The position numbers and the translations under genes were made by a program. The notes under the pieces are model-generated. The model did not search any database and was not told where the DNA came from. It saw nothing but the letters and a program-made list of their open reading frames with translations. From Mobula hypostoma (lineage: Eukaryota), in contig NC_086108.1 of assembly GCF_963921235.1 (NCBI RefSeq), forward strand, positions 12,958,001 through 13,022,000: a stretch of 64,000 nucleotides of DNA, given 5' to 3'. This document shows positions 50,756 through 64,000 of this stretch, piece by piece (positions within the stretch are counted from its first letter, which is position 1; the number at the start of each line of letters is the position of its first letter).

Positions 50756-51026
50756 ATCTTCCTTTTACAGACATGTCAGGCATCGCTCGTGTCCCACCAA
50801 TGTGCCCTTGACATCACAGAATCCCCCACTATTAACATCCTGAGAGCCCCCATCAACCAGAACATACGAATTCAGAGCAGGGTTAGATCACTTGGCTCCT
50901 CTGTGCCTGCTCTGTATTCAATAGGATGATGGGTGTACAGATCGTAACTTCACACCACATTCCCACCTACCTCCAGTAACCTTTCCAGCTGCTCAGTTTC
51001 ATAAATACTCTGGCTGCAAGAACAGG

Positions 51027-51696
51027 TCAAAGTGAGGAGGAGAAGATGGCGGCGTGATGCAGCATGCGCGGCCGCTCCAAAATGCTATCGTATTTGTAAG
51101 TAGGTACCATGCACAATCCTGATTTGATGAAGACAGACGTGAGAAGCACGGAGGAACATCTGGAGGAACATCTGGAGAAACTTCTGAAATTCCTGCTTCA
51201 CTGCTGCTGCTACTGTGCGATCAAGGATCTCCGGAGGGGAAGGCCCCAAATCCTCGGCTTTGCGCTCGGCAGAGATGATGCTCGGTGCTTGGTGTCGGAG
51301 GGCTGGTCGGAGTCTCGAAGTTTTCGGACGGACTCAAAGAGTTGGCTGTAATTGGGTGCTTCCAGGGTGCTGCATCGGCAAGTTTGCTGCGCTGGAAGCT
51401 CATGGCAGGGAGAGTTTTTCTTCCTTCTACCGTCTGCGTGAGGTGATGGGACTTTCGAGAGACTTTGAGACTTTTTTTTTTACCGTGCCCATGGTCTGTT
51501 CTTTATCAAATTATGGTATTGCTTTGCACTGTTGTAACTATATGTTATAATTATGTGGTTTTTGTTAGTTTTTCAGTCTTGGTTTGTCTTGTGTTTCTGT
51601 GATATCATTCTGGAGGAACATTGTATCATTTCTTAATGTATGCATTACTAAATAACAATAAAAGAGGACTGCGTGTCCTCATAATTTAATCTGATC
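51027..51696 (+). mobile_element. ~670-bp non-coding element with AAGATGGCGGCG head (copy 2)
   Basis: Colinear with 10588-11215. Confidence 0.85.
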
Positions 51697-52027
51697 TTCT
51701 CAAGCCTTTCGCCCATCTACAAGAAGCCTGTCAGCAACTCAATAGTTCTCAACATCATCTTGGACAAACATACATTCCTTCTGCCAGGATGCATGGTGGC
51801 TGTGATGTGTACCATCTATATAATGGTTTGATTGGTAGTTGTCCTTCGTGTCCAATGATGACAGGAAACGTGCAAGAGAGTTTTTAAAGTGGCAAAGTCG
51901 TTGCACTGGGACAGTTCTACTCTCGCGATCTCAGAAGTCCGGGTCCAGTGGTACGATCACGCGTCACAAACTGGGATCTTCCCTGGTTACAGTGGATGAC
52001 CATGATATTTCTGTGCCTCGTCATGGT

Positions 52028-52765
52028 ACGTTATCATCGAGGTCATTAATGTAGATGACAAAAAACAATAGATCCAGCACTGAACTCGGTGGCACAACAC
52101 TAGTTACAGGCTCCATGTCAGAGTGACACCACTTTACTACCATTCTCTGCTTTCCCCACTAGGCCAACGTTGGATCCAGTTGACTACTTCATATCAGATG
52201 CCAAGTGACTAAACCTTCTGAACTAGGCTTTCATGCAGGACTTTGCAAAAATGCCTTGCTAAAGTCTATGTTGACAATATCCATTGTCTTTTCTTCAAAG
52301 ACCTTCTTGGTAACATCCTTGAAAATGTCTATAAGATTGTTTAAACTTCACCTCATGCACAAAGCCATGTTGACTAGTCTGTATCAGACCCTGTCTGTCC
52401 GAAAAGTTTTATATTCTGTCCCTTGAATACCGTTGAAAATTTACTCATGACAGACTTCAGGTTCACGAGCTACAATATCCTTAGAGCCTTTCTTGAACAG
52501 AACCACTGTAGCTATCCTCCAGTCGTCTAGCACCTCCCCCATGGCTAAGAGTATTGTAAATATCTCTGCCAGGATCTCTGTGCTTCTTCTTCACGAGCAC
52601 TCCCTCAAAAGATCCAAGGAAACACTGTCAGGCTCTGGGGATTTATCCACCCAAATGTGCCTCAAAGACATCAACAACCTCCTCCTCCTCCACATGACTT
52701 AACTACTCTTTTGCCTCGGTTCTATAGTCTGTGTTGTTCTCACAAGTAAATACAGATGCTTCCCC
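52028..52765 (-). mobile_element. Old CR1 RT fragment
   Basis: Minus strand has remnants of DIVNIDFSKAF and [24 protein letters not shown]. Confidence 0.7.
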
Positions 52766-52774
52766 TTGTTCCTG

Positions 52775-53573
52775 GATAAAGAAGTGGCAGATGGAATACA
52801 GTGTCGGGAAGTGTATGGTCATGCACTTCGGCAGAAGAAATGAGAGGGTTGACTATTTTCTAAATGGAGAGAAAATACAAAAACTGAGGTTCAAAGGGAC
52901 TTGAGAGTCCTCATGCAGGATTCCCTAAAGGTTAATTTGCAGATTGAATCGGTGGTGAGGAAGACAGCATGAAATGGTAGCATTCATTTTGAGAGGACTA
53001 GAATGTAAAAGCAATGGTGTAATGTTGAGGCTTCACTTGCAGTGTTGTGAGCACTTTTGGGCCCCTTATCTAAGACAGTATGTGCTGACATTGGAGAGGG
53101 TTCACGAAAATGATTCTGGGATTGAAGGACTTGTCGTTTGAGGAGCATTTGATGGCTCTTAGCATGTATTCACTGGAATTCAGAAGAATGGGGGGTGACC
53201 TCATTGAAACCTATCGAATGCTGAAAAGCCTCGATAGAGTGGATGTGGAGAGGATGTTTCCTATGGTGGGAGAGTCTATGACCAGAGGACACAGCCTCAG
53301 AATAGAGGGGCATCCTTTTAGAATGGAGATTAAGAGTAATTTCTTTCGCCAGAGAGTGGTGAATCTGTGGAATTTGTTGCCACAAGTAGCTGTGGAGGCC
53401 AATTCATTTGTATATTTAAGACAGAGGTTGATAGATTCTTGATTGGTCAGGGCATGAACGGATAAAGGGTGAAGGTAGGACATTGGTGCTGAGAGGAAAA
53501 TGGATCAGCCATGATGTAATGGTGGAGAAAACATGATGGCCTAATTCTGCTCACAGATCTTCTGGTCTTATGT
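52775..53573 (+). mobile_element. CR1 LINE 3' fragment
   Basis: ORF 53110..53442 (GDLIETYRMLK...MFPMVGESMTRGHSLRIEG) and the CR1 tail. Confidence 0.9.
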
Positions 53574-55035
53574 TTTAAAATAATGAATGTTTGTAAGAAA
53601 AGTACTGTAATAATTGTGGGCAACTTTTACCAAAGCAAATTGCCAAATGTAGTCATGGGAATGAGATCATGTGTATTTGGAGCAGTTTACTAGAAAAGTA
53701 CATTGTACAACCAGAAGGAATGTGAATTTTAGACGTGCTATTTTAAATTACAACAGGTGGAAAGAAGATAGGCTTGGTCTCATAGGTTAAGATCCTGGGG
53801 GAAGTGTGGCATTCTGTTTGAGAATGAGAAGCCTGAGTATTTTAAGCTTAAAAAGTTATCACAAAGTCTTAAAATGGATGAGAAAATTAGATTAATGAGA
53901 ACAATTGTAAATTAGCAGAGACAGATAGCTAAGGAAATACTTCATAATTCTCAAAAATAGTAATCCTTCCTATAAAGTGATGACCAGAATTCCACACAAA
54001 TCTCCAGTATATGTTTTATAAGGTTTATTTACAGTGCCTATAAAAACTTGTCTCCCCCCTCAAAAGTTTTCATGTTTTGTTACTTTACAACATTGAATCA
54101 CAGTGTATTTAATTTGGGATTTTTTGACACTGACCAACAGAAAAAGACTCTATCATGTCAAAGTGAAAACAGATCTCTACAAGGTGATCTAAATTAATTA
54201 CAAATATAAAACACAAAATAATTGATTACATAAGTGTTCATCCCCTTTAATATGACACATCAAATAATCACTGGTGCAGCCAATTGCTTTCAAAAGTCAT
54301 ATAATTAGTTAAATGATCACCTTGTGAAGTCAAGGGGTTTCAATTGATTGTAGTAAAAACATAATAACATAGAAAATCTACAGCACAATACAGGCCCTTT
54401 GGCCTACGATGTTGTGCCAAACATGTACTTACTTAGAAATTACCTAAGGTTACCCATAGCCTTTTATTTTTCTAAGCTCCTCTAAGTAAAAATACATCTC
54501 TATCTGGAAAGTCCAACTGCTGGTGAGTCAGTATCTTGGCAAAAGCAACACCATGAAGCCAAAAGAACACTCCAAACAAGTCCGTGAAAAGCACAAGTCA
54601 GAAGAAGGATACAAGAAAATTTCCAGGTCACTGAATATCCCCTTGAGTACAGTTAAGTCAATCATTAAGAAATGGAAATAAAATGACACAGCCGTAAATC
54701 TGCCTAGAGCAGGCAGTCCTCAAAACCTAAGTGACCATGCAAGAAGGGGACTAGTGAGGGAGGCCACCAAGAGACCTATGACAAGGCTGGAGGAGTTACA
54801 AGCTTCAGTGACTGAAATGGGAGAGACGGTGCATACAACAACTGTTGCCCGGTGCTTCACCAGTCACAGTTTCATGGGAAAGTAGGAAAGAGAAAGTCAC
54901 TGTTGGAAAAGACTCACATAAAATCTCGGCTAGAGTTTGCCAGAAGGCATGTGGGAGAATCTGAGTCAGCGAGAAGGGAGTTCTATGGTCTGATGAAATC
55001 AAAATTGAGCTTTTTGGCTATCAGACTAAACGTTA

Positions 55036-57948
55036 TAGATATAGATATAGAATAGTACAGCACAGTACAGGCCCTTCGGCTCACAATGTTGTGCCGACCC
55101 TCAAACCCTGCCTCCCATATAAGCCCCCACCTTAGATTCCTCCATATACCTGTCTAGTCGTCTCTTAAACTTCACTAGTGTATCTGCCTCCACCACTGAC
55201 TCAGGCAGTGCATTCCACGCACCAACCACTCTTTGAGTAAAAAACCTTCCTCTAATATCCCCCTTGAACTTCCCACACCTTACCTTAAAGCCATGTCCTC
55301 TTGTGTTGAGCAGTGGTGCCCTGGGGAAGAGGCGCTGGCTATCCACTCTATCTATTCCTCTTATTATCTTGTACACCTCTATCATGTCTCCTCTCATCCT
55401 CCTTCTCTCCAAAGAGTAAAGCCCTAGCTCCCTTAATCTCTGATCATAATGCATACTTTCTAAAACAGGCAGCATCATGGTAAATCTCCTCTGTACCCTT
55501 TCCAATACTTCCACATCCTTCCTATAGTGAGGTGACCAGAACTGGACACAATACTCCAAGTGTGGCCTAACCAGAGTTTTATAGAGCTGCATCATTACAT
55601 CGCGACTCTTAAACTCTATCCCTCGACTTATGAAAGCTAACACCCCCATAAGCTTTCTTAGCTACCCTATCCACCTGTGAGGCAACTTTCAGGGATCTGT
55701 GGACATGTACCCCGAGATCCCTCTGCTCCTCCACACTACCAAGTATCCTGCCATTTACTTTGTACTCTGCCTCGGAGTTTGTCCTTCCAAAGTGTACCAC
55801 CTCACACTTCTCCGGGTTGAACTCCATCTGCCACTTCTCAGCCCACTTCTGCATCCTATCAATGTCTCTCTGCAATCTTTGACAATCCTCTACACTATCT
55901 ACAACACCACCAACCTTTGTGTCGTCTGCAAACTTGCCAACCCATCCTTCTACCCCCACATCCAGGTCGTTAATAAAAATCACGAACAGTAGAAGTCCCA
56001 GAACAGATCCTTGTGGGACACCACTAGTCACAATCCTCCAATCTGATTGTACTCCCTCCACCACCACCCTCTGCCTTCTGCAGGCAAGCCAATTCTGAAT
56101 CCACCTGGCCAAACTTCCCTGGATCCCATGCCTTCTGACTTTCTGAATAAGCCTACCGTGTGGAACCTTGTCAAATGCCTTACTAAAATCCATATAGATC
56201 ACATCCACTGCACTACCCTCATCTATATGCCTGGTCACCTCCTCAAAGAACTCTACCAGGCTTGTGAGACACAATCTGCCCTTCACAAAGCCATGCTGAC
56301 TGTCCCTGATCAGACCATGATTCTCTAAATGCCTATAGATCCTATCTCTAAGAATCTTTTCCAACAGCTTTCCCACCACAGACGTAAGGCTCACTGGTCT
56401 ATAATTACCCGGACCATCCCTACTACCTTTTTTGAACAAGGGAACAACATTCGCCTCCCTCCAATCCTCCGGTACCATTCCCATGGACAACGAGGACATA
56501 AAGATCCTAGCCAGAGGCTCAGCAATCTCTTCCCTCGCCTCGTGGAGCAGCCTGGGGAATATTCCGTCAGGCCCCGGGGACTTATCTGTCCTAATGTATT
56601 TTAACAACTCCAACACCTCCTCTCCCTTAATATCAGCATGCTCCAGAACATCAACCTCACTCATATTGTCCTCACCATCATCAAGTTCCCTCTCATTGGT
56701 GAATACCGAACAGAAGTATTCATTGAGGGCCTCGCTCACTTCCACAGCCTCCAAGCACATCTTCCCACCTTTATCTCTAATCGGTCCTACCTTCACTCCT
56801 GTCATCCTTTTTTTCTTCACATAATTGAAGAATGCCTTGGGGTTTTCCTTTACCCTACTTGCCAAGGCCTTCTCATGCCCCCTTCTTGCTCTTCTCAGCC
56901 CCTTCTTAAGCTCCTTTCTTGCTTCCCTATATTCCTCAATAGACCCATCTGATCCTTGCTTCCTAAACCTCATGTATGCTGCCTTCTTCCTCCTGACTAG
57001 ATTTTCTACCTCACTTGTCACCTATGGTTCCTTCACTCTACCATTCTTTATCTTCTTCACCGGGACAAATTTATCCCTTACATCCCGCAAGAGATCTCTA
57101 AACATCGACCACATGTCCATAGTACATTTCCCTGAAAAAACATCATCCCAATTCACACCCGCAAGTTCTAGCCTTATAGCCTCATAATTTGCCTTTCTCC
57201 AATTAAAAATTTTCCTGTCCTCTCTGATTCTATCCTTTTCCATGATAATGCTAAAGGCCAGGGAGCAGTGGTCACTGTCCCCCAGATGCTCACCCACTGA
57301 GAGATCTGTGACCTGACCCGGTTCATTACCTAGTACTAGATCTAGTATGGCATTCCCCCTGGTCGGCCTGTCCACATACTGTGACAGGAATCCATCCTGG
57401 ACACACTTAACAAATTCTGCCCCGTCTAAACCCTTGGAACTAATCAGGTGCCAATCAATATTAGGGAAGTTAAAGCCACCCATGATAACAACCCTGTTAT
57501 TTTTGCACCTTTCCAAAATCTGCCTCCCAATCTGCTCCTCTGTATCTCTGCTGCTACCAGGGGGCCTATAGAATACCCCCAGTTGAGTAACTGCTCCCTT
57601 CCTGTTCCTGACTTCCACCCATATTGACTCAAAAGAGGATCCTGCTACATTACCCACCCTTTCTGTAGCTGTAATAGTATCCCTGACCAGTAATGCCACC
57701 CCTCCTCCCCTTTTTCCACCCTCTCTATCCCTTTTAAAGCACTGAAATCCAGGAATATTGAGAATCCATTCCTGCCCTGGTGCATTCTCTGTAATGGCCG
57801 CTACATCATAATTCCATGTATGTATCCAAGCTCTCAGTTCATCACCTTTGTTCCTGATGCTTCCTGCATTGAGGTACACACATTTCAGCCCTTCTACCTT
57901 ACTGTCTTTACACCGTTTATTCTGCTTCTCTTTCCTCAAAGCCTCTCT
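55036..57948 (-). mobile_element. Young 5'-truncated CR1 LINE with near-intact ORF2 (APE plus RT)
   Basis: ORFs 57022..58014 (APE), 55609..57021 ([32 protein letters not shown]) and 55101..55649. They are separated by an in-frame TAG at 57022-57024 and a frameshift at the C-run near 55642-55646. Confidence 0.96.
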
Positions 57949-58620
57949 GTATGCTCTCTGCATAAGCCAAACATCGCATATCATCAGAAGCACACCATCC
58001 CTACTGTGAAGCATGGTGATGGCTGCGTCATGCTGTGGGGATGCTTCACTGCAGCAGGCCCTGGAAGGCTTGCGAAGGTAGAGGGTAAAATTTAATGCGG
58101 CAAAATTCAGGGAAATCCGGGAGGAAAACCTGTTGCAGGCGACTTAGGAGAAGATCTGTTTTCCAGCAAGACAATGCCCCAAGCATAAAGCCAAAGCTAC
58201 ACAGGAATGGCTTAAAAACAACAAAGTTAATGTCCTGGAGTGGCCAAGTCAGAGTCCAGACCTCAATCCAACTGAGAATTTGTGACTGGGCTTGAAAAGG
58301 GCTGTTCCCTCATGATCCCCATGAAATTTGACAGAGCTTGAGCAGTTTTGTAAAGAAGAATGGGGAAAAGTTGCAGTGTCCAGATGTGCAAAGCTGATAG
58401 AGACCTATCCACACAGACTCAAGGCTGTAATTGCTGCCAAAGGTTCATCTACTAAATACTGACTTGAAGACGGTGAATACTTATGCAATCATTATTTTGT
58501 ATTTTATATTTGTAATTAATTTAGATCATTTTGTAGAGATCTGTTTTCACTTTGACATGAGTCTTTTCCTGTTGCTCAGTGTAAAAAAAAAACAAATTAA
58601 ATCCACTGTGATTCAATGTT

Positions 58621-59490
58621 AACATAGAAACATAGAAGACCTACAGCACAATACAGGCCTTTTGGCCCACAATGCTTTGCTGAACATGTACTTACTTTAG
58701 AAATTACCTAGGGTTACCCATAGCCCTCTATTTTTCTAAGCTCCATGTACCTGTCCAGAAGTCTCTTAAAATACCCTATCATATCCGCCTCCACCACCAT
58801 CACCAGCAGCCCATTCCATGTACACCACTCTCTGCATAAAAAAACTTCCCCCTGAGATCCCCTCTGTACCTCCTTCCAAGCACCTTAAAACTGTGCCCTT
58901 TCGTATTAGCCATTTCAGCCCTGGGAAAAAGCCTCTGATTAGCCACATGATCAATGCTTCTCGTTATCTTATACACCTCTATCAGGTCACCTCTCATCCT
59001 CCGTCACTCCAAGGAGAAAAGGCCTAGTTCACTCAGCCTATTCTCATAAGGCATTCTGCCCAATCCAGGCAACATCCTTGTAAATCTCCTCTACACACTT
59101 TCTATAGTTTCCACATCCTTCCTGTAGTGAGGTGACCAGAACTGAGCACAGTACTCCAAGTAGTCCTGGGTCCTATATAGCTGCAGCATTACCTCTCAGC
59201 TCTTAAACTCAATCCCATGATTGATGAAGAAAAATGTACTATATGCCTTCTTAACCACAGAGTCAACCTGCGTAGGAGTTTGAATGTCCTATGGACTCGG
59301 ACCCCAAGATCCCTCCGATCCTCCACACTGTCAAGAGTCTTACCATTAATACTATATTCTGCCATCATATCTGACCTACCAAAATGAACCACCTCACACT
59401 TATCTGGGTTGAACTCCATCTGCCACATCTCAGCCCAGTTTTGCATCCTATCAATGTCCTGCTGTAACCTCTGACAGCCCTCCACACTAA
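58621..59490 (-). mobile_element. CR1 3' fragment inserted in the right Tc1 TIR
   Basis: ORF 59189..59485 (LQQDIDRMQNWAEMWQMEFNPDKCEVVHFG) and the tail aacatagaaacatagaa, which is shared with the short insert at 54360-54484. Confidence 0.9.
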
Positions 59491-59549
59491 ATTGTAAAAC
59501 AAAATATGAAAACTTCCAAGGGAATACTTTTTATAGACACTGTAATTTT

Positions 59550-59838
59550 TTTATTTAGCAATACAGCACAGAGTAGCCCTTTGAGCCGCGCTGCCCCAAC
59601 AACCCTTGACAAACCCAATTAACCCTAACCTAATCATGGGACAATTTACAATGACCAGTTAACCTACCCAGTGTGTCTTTGGACTGTGGCAGGAAACAGG
59701 AGGACCTGGAGAAAACCCACACATTCCACGGGGAGGTTGTACAGAGTATTCTTACAGAACGGTGCCGGAATTGAACTCTGAACTCCAGGGCGCCTGAGCT
59801 GTGATCGTGTTGCACGAACCACTGCGCTACCGTGGCGT
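59550..59838 (-). mobile_element. V-SINE-like element
   Basis: Same core and tail as 21690-21947. Confidence 0.75.
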
Positions 59839-60999
59839 ACCATACCGTCCCAACTTTGCTAAGTTCTGCCATATGAAGGCCAGCATGTCATACGCTGCTT
59901 TCACCATCCTGTCCACCTGCATTGCTTCTTTTTTGGGAACTCACAGGATCAAAGAATCAGAGAAAAGAAACAATTTCAAATTTCAAAGTAAATTAATTAT
60001 CAAAGCACATATATGTCACCATATACAACCCTGAAATTCATTTTCCTGGGGGATACTCAGCAAATCTATGGAATAGTGACTACAACAGGATCAAGGAAAC
60101 ATCAACCGGGGTACAGAAAACAAACTGTGCAAATGCAAATATAAATAAATAGCAATAAATATGGAGAACATGAGATAATGAGATAAAGAGTCCTTAAAGT
60201 GAGATCATTGGTTGTGGGAACATCTCAATGATGGGTAAGTGAGTGTAATTATCCCCCGTTGTTCAAGAGCCTGATGGTTGAGGGGTAGTAACTATTCATG
60301 AACCTGGAGATGTGAGTCCTGAGGCTTTTGTACCTTCTACCTGGTGGCAGCAGCGAGAAGAGAGCATGGCCTGGGTGGTGGGGGTCCCTAATAATGTGTG
60401 TTGCTTACCTATGCCAGTGTTTCATGTAGATGTGCTCAATGGTTGGGAGAGCTTTACCTGTGATGTACTGGGCCAAATTCACTAACTTTTGTAGGATTTT
60501 CTGTTCAAAGGCATGGGTGTTTTCATGGGTGTTGGCATGGCTTGCCATGATGCAAAAGCTCGGTGGGTCAGGACCACAAGTGGAGAAGGAATGAGTCAGT
60601 ATAAAGAGGATAAGGAGGAGGGGGAGTAGTGAGATAGGGGCTAGTAGGTGATTGGTGCAATCAGGTAGGGGAGGGTGTGTGGTGGAGTTAGGATACAGAG
60701 ATTGGTGTGAGCTGGGTCAGGAGAGAGAAGGGTGAAGGTGGAGAGAGCTAGTGGGTGATAAGCAGGAACTACCAGTGGTGGAATCTGACAGGCAAGATGA
60801 TAATGGAAGCTATATCAGAGAGGTTAAAAAGTAGATGGAACCAGAACCATTTTTGGAAGCAGAAATATGTCAGTCATTGGCGGAACCAGGAGTGGTATGA
60901 AAAAGTGTAAGGGGGTTGGAGAGGGTGTATAAGAAAGGGGACAACAAATTGGAGGACTGGAGGAGGATCGAGGAGAGTTGAGAAACAATAGAATGAGAT

Positions 61000-61420
61000 T
61001 ATCAGAAATTGGAAAATTCAGTGTTCTGGACCGTACCCTGTCAATGGAGATGGTTGTCAATGTGGGACTTGAAAGAAACAGGATGACCATTGCAGTCAGA
61101 CATCAGAAGCTCAGCAAACCAGTCACCTCATTTCGCCAGCGTAGATGAGAACCTATCAGCAGCACAAAATGCAATAGATGAGATTAAAGGAGGTGCATGT
61201 GAATCTTGGCCTTATCAGGAAGAGCTTCTTCAGCTTCTGCGTGGTGGTGATGGAGGAGGTCGAGGGACAGGTGGAGGGGAAAGTGCCAGGTGTCAGGGAG
61301 GGATGTGCGGACCAGGGAGTCACGGAGAGAGGTGTCCCTAAGGAAAGTGAAATGTGTTGGAGAGGAGAAGGTATAGCTAGTGGTGGACAATAGCAGTGAG
61401 AGGTCCCTAAGCAGCCCCAT
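61000..61420 (-). mobile_element. Old Penelope-like fragment
   Basis: TSLRDSLVRTSLP on the minus strand, followed by a degenerate GIY-YIG region. Confidence 0.5.
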
Positions 61421-62174
61421 TTTTCTTCTGGCCACTACCTCTTCCCTGATATAATATATTTTGGGATTCTTATTAATCTTATATGCCAGGGATATTTCAT
61501 GGTCCCTTCTTGTTTTCCCTGTTTTTCTTGCTCAGTTTACATTCTGCAAGCGACAACCTTGATTCCACTTCCACCTGTCATATGTTTCCATTATTATCAA
61601 ACTATATATAAATGTCACCATATATAATCCTGAAATTCATTTTCTTGAGGGATGCTCAACAAATCTATAGAACAACAACCATAACAGAATTAATGCAAGA
61701 CTACCTAACTAGGGTGTACAACCAGAGTGCAGAAGACAACAGACTGTACAAATGCAAAAAGAAAGAAATTACAAAAATAAATAAATAAGTCATAAATATG
61801 AAGAACATGAGATGAAGAGTCCTTGTAGTGAGCCCATTGGCTGTGGGAACAGTTCAGCAATGGGCGAGTGAAGTTGACTGAAATTATCCCCTCTGTAGGA
61901 GCCTGATGGCTGAGGGGTAGTAACTATTCCTGGATCTTGTAGTGAGAGTCCTGAGGCTCTTGTACTTTCTTCCTGACGGCAGCAGCAAGAAGAGAGCATG
62001 CCCTAGGTGGTAGACAATGATCCCTCTAATTTGTCATGACCAGGGTGCGCAAAAAGTTTTTACATTCTCCTCATGACTGATTGGGTTTCCTCCGGCGTTC
62101 TGGTTTCCTCCCACAGTCCAAAGATGTACCAGTTGGTATGTTAATTGGTCGTTGTTATCATGGTTATAGGAGGG

Positions 62175-64000
62175 GTGTGATTGGCAACTAAATATTCCTG
62201 GATTTAATTGCTTCAGGTGTGATAGAATGGGAGGGACAAGAGGGGGAGGTGTTGCATTGCTTGTCAGAGAAAATATTACAGCGGTGCTCTGGCAGGATAG
62301 ATTAGAGGGCCCGTCTAGGGAAGCTATTTGGGTGGTATGGAGGAATGGGAAAGATGCAGTAACTCTTATGGGGGTGTATTATAGACCACCAAATGGGGAG
62401 CGAGAATTGGAGGAGCAAATTTCTAAGAAGATAGCAGATATTTGTAGTAAGCACAAGGTTATGATTGTGGGAGATTTTAATTTTCCACACATAGATTGGG
62501 AAGCCCATACTGTAAAAGTGCTGGATGGTTTGGAGTTTGTAAAATGTTTGCAGGATAGTTTTTTGCAGCAATACATAGAGGTACCAATCAGAGAAGGGGC
62601 AGTGTTGGATCTCCTGTTAGGGAATGAGATAGGTCATGTAATGGAGGTTTGTGCTGGGGAGCACTTCAGGTCCAGTGATCTCAATGCTATTAGTTTCAAT
62701 ATAATTATGGAGAAGGATAGGTCTGGACCCAGGGTTGAAATTTTTGATTGGAGAAAGGCTAACTTTGAGGAGATGCGAAAGGATTTAGAAGGAGTGGATT
62801 GGGACAATTTGTTTTATGGGAAGAATGTAATAGAGAAATGAAGGTCATTTAAAGGTGAAATTTTGAGAGTACGGAATCTTTATGTTCCTGTTTGGATGAA
62901 AGAAAAGGTTAAAAGTTTGAGAGAGCCATGGTTTTCAAGGGATATTGGAAACTTGGTTCGGAGAAAGAGAGAATTCTACAATAAATATAGGCAGCATGGA
63001 GAATATGTGGTGCTTGAGGAATATAAAGAATGTAAAAAGAATCTTAAGAAAGAAATTAGAAAAGCTAAAAGAAGATATGAGGTTGCTTTGGCAAGTAAGG
63101 TGAAAATAAATCCCAAGGGTTTCTGCCGTTATATGAATAGCAAAAGGATAGTGAGGGTTAAAATTGGTCCTTTGGAGAAGCAGAGTGGACAGCTATGAGT
63201 GGAGCCAAAAGAGATGGGGGAGATTCTGAACAATTTCTTTTCTTTGGTATTCACTAAGGAGAAGGATATTGAATTGGGTAAGATAAGAGAAACAGGTAGG
63301 GAAGTTATGGAAACTACAATGATTAAAGAAGAGGAATTACTGGAGCTTTTAAGGAATATAAAAGTGGATAAGTCTCCAGGTCCTGACAGGATATTCCCTC
63401 AGACCTTGAGGGAAGTTTGTGGAAATAGCAGGGGCTCTGACAGAAATATTTCAAATGTCATTAGAAACAGGCATGGTGCCGGAGGATTGGCGTATTGCTT
63501 ATGCTGTTCCATTGTTTAAAAAGGGTTCTAAGAGTAAACCTAGCAATTATCGGCCTGTGAGTTTGACATCAGTGGTGGGTAAATTGATGTAAAGTATTCT
63601 TAGGGATGGTATTTATAATTATCAGGATAGATAGGGTCTGATTAGGAACAATCAACATGGATTTGTGTGTGGAAGGTCATGTTTGACAAATCTTATTGAA
63701 TTTTTTGAAGAGGTTACTAGAAAAGTTGACGAGGGTAAACCAGTGGATGTTGTCTATATGGACTTAAGTAAAGCCTTTGACAAGGTCCCACATGGAAGGT
63801 TGGTTAGGAAGGTTCAATCGTTAGGTATTAATATTGCAGTAGTAAAATGGATTCAGCAGTGGCTGGATGGGAGATGCCAGAGAGTAGTGGTGGATAACTG
63901 TTTGTCAGATTGGAGGCTGGTGACTAGTGGAGTGCCTCAGAGATCTGTACGGGGTCCAATGTTATTTGTCATATATATTAATGATCTGGATGATGGGGTG
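62175..64000 (+). mobile_element. CR1 ORF2 (APE plus RT), AT-rich subfamily, disrupted, continuing off the right edge
   Basis: [50 protein letters not shown] and [14 protein letters not shown], with several stops. Confidence 0.95.

Larger units (their letters stand above)
54032..59542 (+). mobile_element. Tc1/mariner DNA transposon (DD34E-type, long TIRs) disrupted by three CR1 insertions
   Basis: TA|CAGTGCCTATAAAAA ... TTTTTATAGACACTG|TA. The ~215-bp left TIR (54032-54247) matches a right TIR split into ~58465-58620 and ~59492-59542. The transposase pseudogene starts at ATG 54553 (MKPKEHSKQVRE...GYKKISRSLNIPLSTV) and includes [33 protein letters not shown] and [14 protein letters not shown]. 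Confidence 0.93.

Noticed and set aside
50771..50812. Candidate next LTBP exon after ccttttacag
   Set aside because: The phase-1 frame stops quickly and lacks the expected V.vHv.HP.EASV motif. The next exon is probably beyond the window.
55101..58014. Host gene or domesticated reverse transcriptase
   Set aside because: It is an ordinary CR1 ORF2 with a stop and a frameshift, inserted within a Tc1. The ORF's N-terminus is antisense Tc1 sequence.

Overview
Repeat-dominated vertebrate genomic DNA. The mix of CR1, Rex/Babar, Penelope, V-SINE, Tc1 and Gypsy repeats suggests a cartilaginous fish, probably a ray (inference). One host gene is visible on the + strand, a latent TGF-beta binding protein of the LTBP2/LTBP4 type, tentatively LTBP4. 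Four phase-compatible coding exons are visible: 15184-15439 (N-terminal EGF, not in the ORF track), 24727-24890 (linker), 40939-41193 (internal ATG with a signal-peptide-like segment plus 4-Cys domain) and 49625-49846 (EGF). I could not find the gene's first or later exons in the window. The remainder is intronic or intergenic. It holds a TA-flanked Tc1 transposon with three nested CR1 insertions (one with a near-intact ORF2), two decayed Gypsy elements, Penelope fragments carrying minimal hammerhead-ribozyme motifs, 5'-inverted CR1 copies, non-coding elements with a YY1-like head, four minisatellites and a recent 145-bp tandem duplication. Repeat boundaries were read by eye and are approximate. 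All protein comparisons are from recalled family motifs, not database searches.
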